Below are positions 25,720 to 37,103 of a stretch of 58,686 nucleotides of DNA, in pieces. The stretch comes from Octopus sinensis. Its lineage: Eukaryota. Location of the stretch: contig NW_021835312.1 in the NCBI RefSeq assembly GCF_006345805.1, positions 1 to 58,686 of the forward strand, given 5' to 3'. How positions within the stretch are numbered: the stretch's first letter is position 1; each line of letters starts with the position of its first letter. Under the pieces are notes generated by a model. It saw only the letters and a list, made by a program, of their open reading frames with translations. It had not been told where the DNA came from and ran no database searches. The position numbers were made by a program, and so were the translations under genes.

Positions 25720-26449
25720 TGGGGGGTGAATCTATATCTATAAGAGCATATATCGTCGTTGTCTCTTTATAACATATGTTGTTTCTCTGTGTGTTAGTTC
25801 CAATTGTTTTGTTGTTACGTCGGTTCTTTTTCATTTTTATGCTATTTATATTTCATTTCACTAAAAAAAATTCTAATATATGGCGTGATTTTATCAATTT
25901 TTTAAATATTTATTTTTGCATTTTTTCCCTGATATTTTCTCTGCGAACGTTTGCTGTTTTTTTAAATTCTTTATTCTACATTTTTTATATTTTGTGGAGG
26001 AGGGAAAGGTTCTTGATTGTTAACTCTTAATCTAATTCCATTGAATGCGCTTTCATTAGGCAGACAATACAATATCAGATCCTGCACCCCTACCTGCACC
26101 TGCACAACCACCACTACCGCCACTTGCACCAGCACCAGCACCAGCATCTGCACTAGCGCCACCGCTTCCATCATCACCACCAACACCACCACCACTGCCA
26201 CAAACCTCACCACCAATGAATTCACGTCATGTGACAGCGCAGACGTGTACTGAGGCCGGAAAGTGCCGGCATGTGTACATAATCACACACACACGCAAGC
26301 ATACGTTATATATGTGTGCGTGTGTGTGTGTGTGTTGGTGTGTACACATACATTTAGATGTGTGTGTTGAGAGTGGTAAGGTCAATTATAGAACAACAAA
26401 AGCCACAACATAAGCAATAAAGACTATAACAATAGCAGCAAAAGCGACG

Positions 26450-26459
26450 GTAATAATAA

Positions 26460-26499
<40 letters not shown>

Positions 26500-26503
26500 T
26501 GTT

Positions 26504-26551
<48 letters not shown>

Positions 26552-26815
26552 AGTAGTTGTAGTAGTAGTAGTAGTAAGTAGTAGAGTAGTAGTAGTAATA
26601 GTAGTAGTAGAAAGAAGAAGAAGAAGAAGAAGAAGAATAGTAGAGAAGAAGAAGACGAAGAAGAAAAAAAAGAAGAGAAGAGGAAGCAGAGGAGGAAGAA
26701 GTAGAAGAAGAAGAAGAAGAAGAAGAAGAAGAAGAAGAAGGAAGAAGAAGAGGAGGGGAGAAGAAGAAGAAGCGAAGAAGAAGAAGAAGAAGAAGAAGAA
26801 GAGAAGACGAAGAAG

Positions 26816-26847
<32 letters not shown>

Positions 26848-27083
26848 GAAGAAGAAGAAGAAGATAGGATGACACACAATTAAAGCAACAACAAGAACAA
26901 GAACAGCAGCAACTGTAGAGATCATTAGAAGAATAATTGCTATGAAAGCAACACCTACCTCCAACCCCACCCCCACCGTCACACCGCCACCTCCTGAAAG
27001 AACAAACAAAAGACACCGACGCTAATTACAACATTAAAGATAATTGTAACGGCGGCGATAATGATGATGGTGATGATGATGAC

Positions 27084-27125
<42 letters not shown>

Positions 27126-27265
27126 AAGGATGATGATGATGATGGCGTTAGTATTGTTCCCAAAACGATTATTATTAAATGTAGTACAATGTTAATATCT
27201 GGTTGGTGTCAATGGAAATGAAACGGACGACGACGACGATGGCGTTGATGATGATGATGATGATA

Positions 27266-27309
<44 letters not shown>

Positions 27310-27349
27310 AATGATGATGATGTTGATATTGGTGGTGGTGGTGGTGGTA

Positions 27350-27386
<37 letters not shown>

Positions 27387-27491
27387 CGATGTTGACTACG
27401 ATGATGGCGACGACGATGTTGTTGGAACTGGTGGCGGTGCTGCTGATATTAATGAAGATGCCGATGATGATGATGATGGCGACGATGATGG

Positions 27492-27534
<43 letters not shown>

Positions 27535-27700
27535 AATGATGATGATGATGATGGCGATGATAATTAAGATTATGGCATTGATAATGATTGCAATTGTGAG
27601 GGTGATGTTACTTGCTAATGGATGGACTACAACAACAACAACAACAGGAGCAACAATAAAAGCAACAACAACAACGACGTAAACATAACAATTGAAAAAA
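26450..27700. repeat. (AGT)n/(GAA)n/(GAT)n microsatellite field
   Basis: Directly visible. Confidence 0.95.
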
Positions 27701-27873
27701 TCACGAAATCCCGGACAAAATGGCGGTGATTATTAAAAGAAAAAAAACAAAGACAGCAATCACAACAACAACAACAGCAACAACGATAACTGTAAAAACC
27801 ACACTGAACCACAATAATAGCAACAACAATTATGGGACCACCATTGTTAGTAACAGCAAGTAACTTACCACGA

Positions 27874-27935
<62 letters not shown>

Positions 27936-27947
27936 TGATGGTGGTGG

Positions 27948-27991
<44 letters not shown>

Positions 27992-28016
27992 TTAATAATA
28001 ATAATAATAATAATAC

Positions 28017-28186
28017 GCAAGGTCATGCGCTGTTTATCTTGTTATGAGATCACCATGTCGCGCACATATGGTTGTGATGCATCTGCCTGGTGTACCCTTA
28101 TCAGACAGGTAGTCATGATGGGTATACTGGGCTTCGTATATTTGTACCCCAGTGTCACTTTGATGGCATGCACTGCTCTCTCACTC
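28017..28186 (+). mobile_element. 5'-truncated copy of the (TAA)n-embedded non-coding element
   Basis: Closely matches the reverse complement of ~48642-48812 and ends CTCTCTCACTC-AATAATAAT. (TAA)n lies on both sides. Confidence 0.85.
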
Positions 28187-28222
<36 letters not shown>

Positions 28223-28249
28223 GATGATGATGATGCTGATGATGATGAT

Positions 28250-29730
28250 AAATGAGGCCCCTGTATGAATATTAGTTGTTAGAAATAAATATAAAAAAAA
28301 TAATTTAATGAAAACTTTAAAATAATTTAACTTTACTTGAAAAGAGAATTTCAAACAGTACATCGATTCGCTTGTCCAATTGTTATTCAGGAAGCTGTCA
28401 GCCTGATGACGAAAATTTTTCAAGTGGCATAATATCTTCCCCGAATACTAACCTGGAAGGTCACTTAAACGGGATTTGTCCCAAATTAAGCCCCCAATGT
28501 TCACCACCACAACGACCAGAAAATCAAAAAAGTAAAAGAACTAAATGGAACCGGGAAGAATATAAAGAAGTAATATATGCTTATTACTTTGCATTAAGTA
28601 GTCCAACCCAAGAGAAACACAACCGCAAACTCCTACAGAATTTGGAGGAGCCGGAATCCAGCTAGCAGACCAACCTGGATGAAAACAGATTAGCAAATGT
28701 TAGAAGAGATATCTTCAGAAATACCAGACTCACAGATGCAGAATTAACCTCTATTAAAAAAGTGGTAGAGAATGACCTAAATATAAGTCAGCAAAGAAAT
28801 AACGAAGCAGAGGAGAGGAATGTTGGACCACAAGCATTGACTGAAAGGCGACCATCTGCCGAAACCACTCAAGAGCCTGAAGAAAAAGGAAAATATAACG
28901 ACCCCAGAAAAACAGCCCGGAAAATGATGTCGAAACAGAATTTGAAGACCACATATTTGCTGAACAACACAGAAAATCTATCATTGAAATGACGCAAGAA
29001 GTTCTGAATGAGCTTGCAGTTGTAGGGCATACAAATCTGAACGATAGGGAACCACTCCATAATCTCTCAAATGAACACCAACATAAAACACAAATAAAAA
29101 TTGGCAACTCCGTTACACAAGAAATCACACAACTAAAACCCGATCTTAATAAATTAAATGAAATTATTTACTCTGTCGCTAAGGTAATCGAAAGATGCTG
29201 TTTCACACCCAGAAAGCCAACAATACCAAATTCGTAAAGGAAATCAAACTGGAGGAGTATAATTGAAACTGAAATTGAATCATTGCGAAGGGAGATATCA
29301 ATATTAACTGAGCTAATCTCTGGAAATAATGTAAGATCAAGAAAAGGCAGGAAGATTGTGAGAAAATATGGACCCTCAACAAGAGAAGAGCTAATGTTAG
29401 CGAAAGAAACAAAAAGTTCAAGGAAAAGCTCAGAGAATACGCAGATTTGAGAAAAGAATGAAATTCTACAAACAAAATAAGATGTTCAAATCCTATGCCA
29501 AATCATTTTACGGGGAAATAGGCAAGGAAAAAATAACCATTGAAAATCCACCCATAATGGAAGAAGTTGAAAACTTTTGGAAGGGGATCTGGAGTGATGA
29601 GAAACCATACAATGAAAATGCAGACTGGATCAAACGCATCCAAGATGCCTACAAAAATCTACAAGAACAGGTATGGGAAGACATCTCAATAGCCGACCTG
29701 AGGAGGGCGCTAACGAAGGCTCATAAGTGG
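28250..29730 (+). pseudogene. R4/Dong-type LINE 5' portion (N-terminus to start of RT), frameshifted
   Basis: KRTKWNREEYKEVIYAYYF, NLDENRLANVRRDIF and FYGEIGKEKITIENPPIMEEVENFWKGIWSDEKPYNENADWIK...ALTKAHKW are characteristic of R4/Dong ORFs just upstream of the KSPG RT motif. It starts right after a (TAA)/(TGA) array. Confidence 0.75.
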
Positions 29731-30060
29731 CAATGATAATGATAATGATTTCATTTATTTGCCACAAGGGCGAAGGATGAGGGAGACAATACAAAGACAG
29801 ACATAAAGTTTGGGGATTTACATCAAATGAAAAAGAAAGAAAAAGGTAAGTATACGTAGTATACACCGAAAAAGAAGGGACATATGCATAACATACAAAG
29901 GTTTAAAAAAAGCGCGTGAAGAGGATGATAGAGATGTTGCTCTCCAGATAGAGGAAGGCCTCTAGGGATAATCGAGGAACCCCACTGTCCCAGATTTCCA
30001 TGAAACCCTAGCAGCAAGTGCCCCCTCCAATTCCTTCTCTCCGACTCAAGGGTATCCATT
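29731..30060 (-). mobile_element. LINE 3' UTR fragment (probably Tx1-related) with (CATTAT)n tail
   Basis: The minus strand ends CCCTTGTGGCAAATAAATGAAAT-CATTATCATTATCATTG. This parallels the Tx1 terminus TGTGGCTAATAAAGAAAC and follows a pyrimidine-rich UTR. Confidence 0.5.
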
Positions 30061-30061
30061 T

Positions 30062-30240
30062 GGGATGGGGTGGGGGTAAGATGAGTCGATTATGTCGACC
30101 CTAGTATTTCACTGGTACTTATTTTATCGAGCCCCGCAAGGATAAAAGGCAAAGTCGATCTCGGCCGAATTTGAACTTAGAACGTAGTGACAGACGAAAT
30201 AGCTCTCAGCGTGCAAACGATTCTGCCAGCTCGACGCCTT
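30062..30240 (-). mobile_element. SINE family A
   Basis: The reverse complement has GAGCTGGCAGAATCGTTTGCACGC...TAAGTTCAAATTCGGCCGAGATCGACTTTGCC. Confidence 0.85.
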
Positions 30241-30246
30241 TATAAC

Positions 30247-30311
<65 letters not shown>

Positions 30312-30350
30312 CAGCAATAATAATAATAATAATGATAACATAACAATAAC

Positions 30351-30394
<44 letters not shown>

Positions 30395-31943
30395 CAATAA
30401 TAATAATTATAATTATAATCAATATCAATAACAGTAAAAAAACAGCGCAACATTATGACTACCAGCGCGAACCCGGGCGGCAGTTTTACTAACAACCACC
30501 AGGAACATTATGATCATATTACTGCTGCTGCTGATAATGATGATGACGACGACGATGATGACGATGGAGATGGTGATGGTGGTGGTGGTGGTGGTGGTGG
30601 GGTAGTAGTGGTGGTGGTGGTAATGGTAGTGGTGGTGGTGGTTGTGGTGGTGGTGGTGGTGTGGTGGTAATGGTAGTGGTGGTGGTGGTGGTGGTGTGGT
30701 GGTGGTGGTGACGTTGATTGTGATGGTGATGAGGATTCTGATGGTGACGAACATGACTACGGCATACAGACACACACACACACGCGCGCAGAGAGACAAA
30801 CAGACAGACAGACAGAACGAAACTCATATCCATGGAATGAACAATCTAAATCTACAAAATTCTTCCGAAAAATAAACAACTATAGGATCAATTAAGAAGA
30901 AAATTGCAGAAAAATCCCCCAAAACAATAACACTGACAAATAAGAGTAACAACGACAACAATACCAACACACGCAACCACAACGAAAACCCTCTCTCCAC
31001 CACAATCTTTGCAGCAATAATAACAACAACGGCAAAAAGAATAACCACCTATGACTCCTTTACCATCGTGGTCCTCCCATCGCCACCCTCTTCTGTACCA
31101 CGGCTACAAAAACCACCACCACTAACAACAAAATAACAATAATACTTAAGTTCACCCCTACCACCACTGTTATTATTACCATTATCACTACCAGCACCCA
31201 TCCACCTTCACCAACAATATTTGGAACTCTAAATACCGCCATCGTGGCAGTAACAACAACACTCACTAAAGACATTAGTAACAACAGTAATAAACAATAC
31301 TACTACTAATATGATTGCTAATACCACCACTACCAGCACCACCACAGCTACCATTATTACTATCACCATCACCACCACCGTTACTGCGCACTTAATAACA
31401 ACAAAAATAACAAGAAGAATTGGAATGATGTGAGTGATTTAGTCAGACATCAATCTTGCCAAAAACATTAGCAACACACAATCGCCATCTTGAAATAATA
31501 GAATTAATGACACCAGCACTAATTAGTACAAATATAATTGTCATTATGTCAGTCATACCCGCCCACATACCCACTGATCCCCGTGCACACCAGATAGACA
31601 CACATACACACGCATAGACCCACACATGTACACACACGTGCGCGCTAGAATTACACACGCAAGCACACGCAGTTTTACTGAACCGTCTTCTGTCGTTTTA
31701 TAAAAGTATATCTGTCTCCTCTCTTAAGAATACACACTCGCATTCATACACACTTACATACAGACATTTATAAATACTCCTTCCATCCTTTCACTCGTGT
31801 GTATCTCTCTCTCTCTCCCTCTCTCTCTCTCTCTCTCGTCTTCTTTTCTTTCTTCCTGCTTTCTTTCTTTCATTTTTTCTTTCTTTCTAAAACTCATATA
31901 TAAATATATTGATAGACGTGTATGTTGATTCTTTTTCTCGCCA

Positions 31944-31998
<55 letters not shown>

Positions 31999-31999
31999 A

Positions 32000-32071
<72 letters not shown>

Positions 32072-32077
32072 GCTTAC

Positions 32078-32157
<80 letters not shown>

Positions 32158-32158
32158 T

Positions 32159-32400
32159 TATTTTTTTCCTCTTCCTCTTTTTCCTCTTTCTTCAGTTTTC
32201 TTTTCTTTTGTTTCTTTTCCGTTTTTTTCTTTTTTTTTCCTTTTTCTTCTTTTTTAATTTTTTTTTGTTCTTTTTCCCCTTTTACGATCCCTTTTGATCG
32301 AAAACCTACGCCACCTTATTTTTTTTCTCCCCCAAAAGAAAAGCTCTACCTTGTAACTTGTCCCATCTGTGTGCAGCACTGTGTGGCCAATAAAGAAACT
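32159..32400 (+). mobile_element. 5'-truncated Tx1 copy (3' UTR only) inside (TATC)n
   Basis: Matches the reverse complement of ~36647-36850, ends GTGGCCAATAAAGAAACT-TATCTATC, and has TATC arrays on both sides. Confidence 0.9.
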
Positions 32401-32764
32401 TATCTATCTATCTATCTATCTATCTATATGTATGTATGTGTGTCTATCTATCTACCTGTCTGCCTGACGTAGGGTATCTGTCTGTATCTATCTATCTATC
32501 TATCTATATATCTATATATCTATCTATCTATCTGTATGTATGTATGTGTGTCTATCTATCTTCCTGTCTGCCTGACGTAGTGTATCTGTCTGTATCTATC
32601 TATCTATCTATCTATCCATCCATCCATGCATCCCTCCATCATGTATATTGCGTAAACTGCTATCTGTCCGAGGTCCTTGTAACCTGACAGATAGTACGAA
32701 CCTCCGGTAAACACAATAACTTCAATCAACAAAATCACGATATTGGATACTGTGCGACGTCTTA

Positions 32765-32990
32765 AATAATGATGAAGATGATGATGATGATGAGGATGAG
32801 GATGATGATGATGATGAGGATGATGATGATTATGCTGCTGATGATGATGACTATTATAATGATGATGATGATGATGATGATGATGATTATGATGATGATG
32901 ATGATGATGATGATTATGATGATGATGATGATTATTATGATGATGATGATCATGATGACGATGGTGATGATGGTGATGATGATGATTTCG
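32765..32990. repeat. (GAT)n microsatellite
   Basis: Directly visible. Confidence 0.95.
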
Positions 32991-33045
32991 TTATTAACCA
33001 CAAGAGTTTACATTATGGAAAGCACAGGACAAAACAAAGAGTGTG

Positions 33046-33076
<31 letters not shown>

Positions 33077-33084
33077 TTTGTGAG

Positions 33085-33190
33085 CGTTTTGCTTGAACGC
33101 ACAAGGTCTGGAATGTTTTGGGGGGATGGGGGCAAGTCGATCACATTGACCCCAGTATTTGACTGGTGCTTAATTTATCGACCCAAGAAA
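33085..33190 (-). mobile_element. SINE family A 3' fragment
   Basis: AAGTCGATCACATTGACCCCAGTATTTGACTGGTGCTTAATTTATCGACCC. Confidence 0.7.
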
Positions 33191-33249
33191 GAATGAAAGC
33201 CACCGTGATATTTTCTAGCAGTAACTATTCTGCTAGCTCCCCACCCTAC

Positions 33250-33307
<58 letters not shown>

Positions 33308-33577
33308 ACAACATTAATTTCTGATATTGGCCGCAGTGGCATCGATGACGGGGGCGTCACAAAGATAGAAAACAATTTATGTCGGGCTTTACAAAGGAAT
33401 GGGGAGAACGCGAAGAAATCAGTGAAATATGATAAAAATATACAGATGTATATAAAGTATGTACATAAAGTATGTATATATGATCAAGGCATACAAGAAC
33501 AAGCAAGAAAAAACAACAACCCGAGCACGTGAAACAAGTACTGTGTTATTGGGCGCTCAGAAAAGGAAAGAAAAGAG

Positions 33578-33619
<42 letters not shown>

Positions 33620-33624
33620 TATAT

Positions 33625-33830
33625 AAAGTTAATCCAAAGAAGAAAACAAAAAAAACACAACAACGCAAGGACGTGGAACAGATAAAGTATTATTGGACGC
33701 TCAGGAAAGACGGGAAGAAGGAGAGTTTAACGTTTCGAGCGGAGCTCTTCGTCGGAAACATAGGAGAAAGAAAGATCCCGAGAAGGGAAGACATCGGAAA
33801 AAAAATCGCCAGTGGTACTCACGAGGTCAT
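33625..33830 (-). mobile_element. Short Penelope-LTR-like unit with a minimal hammerhead motif, inserted in (TA)n
   Basis: Minus strand 33759-33725 reads GTTT-CCGACGA-A-GAGC TCC GCTC-GAAAC-GT-T-AAAC. (TA)n lies on both sides. Confidence 0.65.
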
Positions 33831-33839
33831 ATGTATATA

Positions 33840-33875
<36 letters not shown>

Positions 33876-33904
33876 TGTATGTATGTATGTGTGTTTGCGT
33901 GTGT

Positions 33905-34030
33905 GTGTCTGACGAAGAGCTATGCTCGAAACGTATATCTCCTTCTTCTCACTGAGCGTCAAGTACATCCTTTTCTTGTCCGTTAATTTTATCATTCGTT
34001 TTTATGAATTGATATTTGTATTTGGATTGA
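33905..34030 (+). mobile_element. Truncated related unit with a hammerhead core, opposite orientation
   Basis: CTGACGA-A-GAGC TAT GCTC-GAAAC-GTA, with downstream sequence similar to the reverse complement of 33625-33760. Stem I is not intact. Confidence 0.55.
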
Positions 34031-34176
34031 CAATATCAATCTATCTATCCATCTCTCTCTATATATATATATACCGGAGTAAACACATAAATGTGAAACA
34101 AGGTGGAAAAAGAGTACTCAAATACCAGTGGTAGAGTAATATGCTTTATTTTAAGCAGCAGAAAATTCAACAAAAT

Positions 34177-34213
34177 CTGTTACCTGAGTTTCTCGTTGCC
34201 GTTCATCAGACAG
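34177..34213 (-). ncRNA. Mirror-copy hammerhead motif (one base missing in stem III)
   Basis: The reverse complement reads CTGT-CTGATGA-ACGGCAACGA-GAAA-CTCAG-GTA-ACAG. Confidence 0.55.
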
Positions 34214-34229
34214 TTTTTGCTAGCAAAAA

Positions 34230-34267
34230 CTGTCTGATGAACGGCAACGAGAAACTCAGAGTAACAG
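34230..34267 (+). ncRNA. Type I minimal hammerhead ribozyme motif
   Basis: Stem I CTGT/ACAG, core CTGATGA, stem II (A)CG-GCAA-CG(A), GAAA, stem III CTC-A-GAG, cleavage triplet GUA (after 34263). Confidence 0.65.
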
Positions 34268-34299
34268 ATTTTGTTGAATTTTCTGCTGCTTAAAATAAA

Positions 34300-34384
<85 letters not shown>

Positions 34385-34718
34385 AAGAGAGAGAGAGAGA
34401 GAGAAGATGCACCACCTCTGTCTGGAAGTGAGCGAAGTGGTTGAACAGTATAGCTGAACTTGGCATAGGTTTGGTGCTTTAACTAGTGGTCAGTGATGGT
34501 CAGCAATGTAGCTTTTAAGCCGCTTTTGGTCACTATGTGGTGTCTGTAGTTAAGAGACTAATCTTGCGAACGTGTGAAGATAAAGAGGAGAATGGGAAAG
34601 GAGAGAGACGGAGGCAATTTGAGAGTTTTTCAAAGACAGAGTGGAAGGAGGTGACTCAAAAGAAGAGGAAGAAGGAAGCGAAGAAGAAACATAGCGACAT
34701 AGAGGCAGAGTGATATCA

Positions 34719-34813
<95 letters not shown>

Positions 34814-35255
34814 TGTTTCTTTATTAGCCACACGGGGCTGCACACAGGCGGGACAAATCACAAGGTAGAGCTTTTCTTTTGGGGGATAAAAAGGGGGTTT
34901 GGTTTTCGATCAAAAGGGATTGTAAAAGGAAAGAAAGAGGAAAACAAAAAAAAGGGGGGAATAAAAATAAAAGGAAAAAGAAGAAATCGATCAATAGGGA
35001 TCGTTGTCACAAAAATGCTAATATAAAGTGTTAAGGGGAGGACATGTGAGGTTTACCCGTGGAAAGAAAAGCCTACGGAAAAGACCACGGTAACCTCGGT
35101 CAATGAAGTCACGTGTTATTTTTTTTTACAAATAAGCAACTCTCTGTATTAATTTTTACGGTTCATAGGATCATAATCAAGGTGACTTCGTCATTCATAC
35201 GTGCCATCCTTGCTACATTCACCCATTTTTTTTTAAACATTCACTAGACAAAACT
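34814..35255 (-). mobile_element. 5'-truncated Tx1 copy (ORF2 end plus 3' UTR)
   Basis: Collinear with 36647-37140; the 3' end abuts the (GATA)n array at ~34720-34812. Confidence 0.9.
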
Positions 35256-35325
35256 CTTTAACGTAGTTCCAAAATCAGCCATAACTTGGCGATCTCCTTG
35301 TACCAAAACCGTCATATATTATTAT

Positions 35326-35381
<56 letters not shown>

Positions 35382-35437
35382 TATTATTTATTTATTATTA
35401 TTATAATAATAAATAAAATAATAATAATAATAATAAA

Positions 35438-35645
35438 GCGGCGAGCTGGCAGAATCATTAGCATTTAAGTCAAAATGCTTGGCAGTTTTGTCTATTTTTG
35501 CCTTCTCAGTTCAAATTCCACCGCAGCAGATTTTGCATTTCATCCTTTCAAGGTCGGCAAAATCTGTATGACTTAAGTACAGGGGTCGATGCAATGGACT
35601 AACACTCTTCCCCTACAACTATTGGCCAAAAATTTGAAACCATTA
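35438..35645 (+). mobile_element. SINE family A, tail type 1
   Basis: GGCGAGCTGGCAGAATCATTAGC...CAGTTCAAATTCC...CAAAAATTTGAAACCATTATT. Confidence 0.85.
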
Positions 35646-36236
35646 TTGGAGTTATTGTTCTTGTTGTTGATTTTGTTTTTGCTGATGCTGTTTCTGCTGT
35701 TCTTCTATCTTCAAACTTCCTACTATGTTGTCTAACAAAGATTAACCTCAATAAGAAAGATCTCATTTTCTAATCCAATTGTGGATTTATAGGGGCGATT
35801 GACAGCCGGCGACATCTTTCCCTTGTTCTTTTTATTGTTGTCATATATTTAGCTGCTTATTAGTTTATTTATTTCCTTATTTATTGTATAATCTGTTTAT
35901 TGCCTTAGGCAAAAATGAATATACCTGGGTAAGAGGGTTAAAAGTAAGAAAGAAGCAGGAGGAATGAGAGACAGAGAGAAGGAGAGAGAGACAGACAGAC
36001 AATGAAGTATGGAGTTTATTATAATCTATTAGGAACTGATATACCATTATCCATTTATCTGTATTTTATGCAAACCCTGTGTGTAGGCTACTGTAAGCAA
36101 ACACAAAGGTAGACTGTGGGTATGCAAGAAGGTCTATATATACACAGACAGACCGGTAGAAGCAAAGATAAATAGGTAGACAGACAGACAAATAGATAGC
36201 TAGCTAGCTAGCTAGCTAGATAGATAGGTAGATAGG

Positions 36237-36312
<76 letters not shown>

Positions 36313-36354
36313 CAGATAGATAAATAGATAGGTAGGTAGGTAGGTAAGTAGATA

Positions 36355-36483
36355 AGTTTCTTTATTGGCCACACAGGGCTGCACACAGATGGGACAAGTT
36401 AGAAGGTAGAGCTTTTCTTTTGGGGGATGAAAAAACAAAAAACAAAAGAAACAAAAAAAGGGGTGGCGTAGGTTTTCGATCAA
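36355..36483 (-). mobile_element. ~130-bp 5'-truncated Tx1 copy inside (GATA)n
   Basis: Matches the Tx1 3' terminus, with GATA/GGTA arrays on both sides. Confidence 0.9.
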
Positions 36484-36508
36484 GGTAGATAGATAGATAG
36501 ATAGACAC

Positions 36509-36587
<79 letters not shown>

Positions 36588-36616
36588 GATAGATAGATAG
36601 ATAGATAGATAGACAC

Positions 36617-36647
<31 letters not shown>

Positions 36648-36808
36648 TGTTTCTTTATTAGCCACACAGGGCTGCACACAGATAGAACAAATTACAAGGT
36701 AGAGCTTTTCTTTTGAAGGTATTAAAAAAAAAAAAAAAAAAGGAAGGGGGAGGTTCGATCAAAAGGGATCGTAAAAAGAGAGAGAAAGAGGACAAAAAAT
36801 AAGGGGGG

Positions 36809-36839
<31 letters not shown>

Positions 36840-37103
36840 AGAGGAAAAAAAAAATGATCAATAGGGATCGTTATCACAGAAATGTCAATATGAAGTGTAA
36901 AGGGGGGGACAGGTGAGGTTTACCCGTGGAAAGAAAAGCCTGCGGAAAAGACCACGGTACCTCGGTCAATGAAGTCACATTAATTTTATATTTCTTTTTT
37001 TTTTTTTTTTTTGCAAATAAGCAACTCTCTGTTTTCGATTTCTGGGTTCATAGGACTATGCTCAAGGTGGCTTCGTCATTCATACGTGCCATTCTTGCTA
37101 CAT

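Larger units (their letters stand above)
34144..34300. repeat. 157-bp near-perfect palindrome (78/79-bp arms, no spacer)
   Basis: The centre is GCT|AGC at 34221/34222 and the arms differ by a single-base indel. Confidence 0.95.

Noticed and set aside
28385-28420. CCTGATGACGAAA near the Dong 5' end as a ribozyme
   Set aside because: There is no room for stem II between CUGAUGA and GAAA; likely chance.
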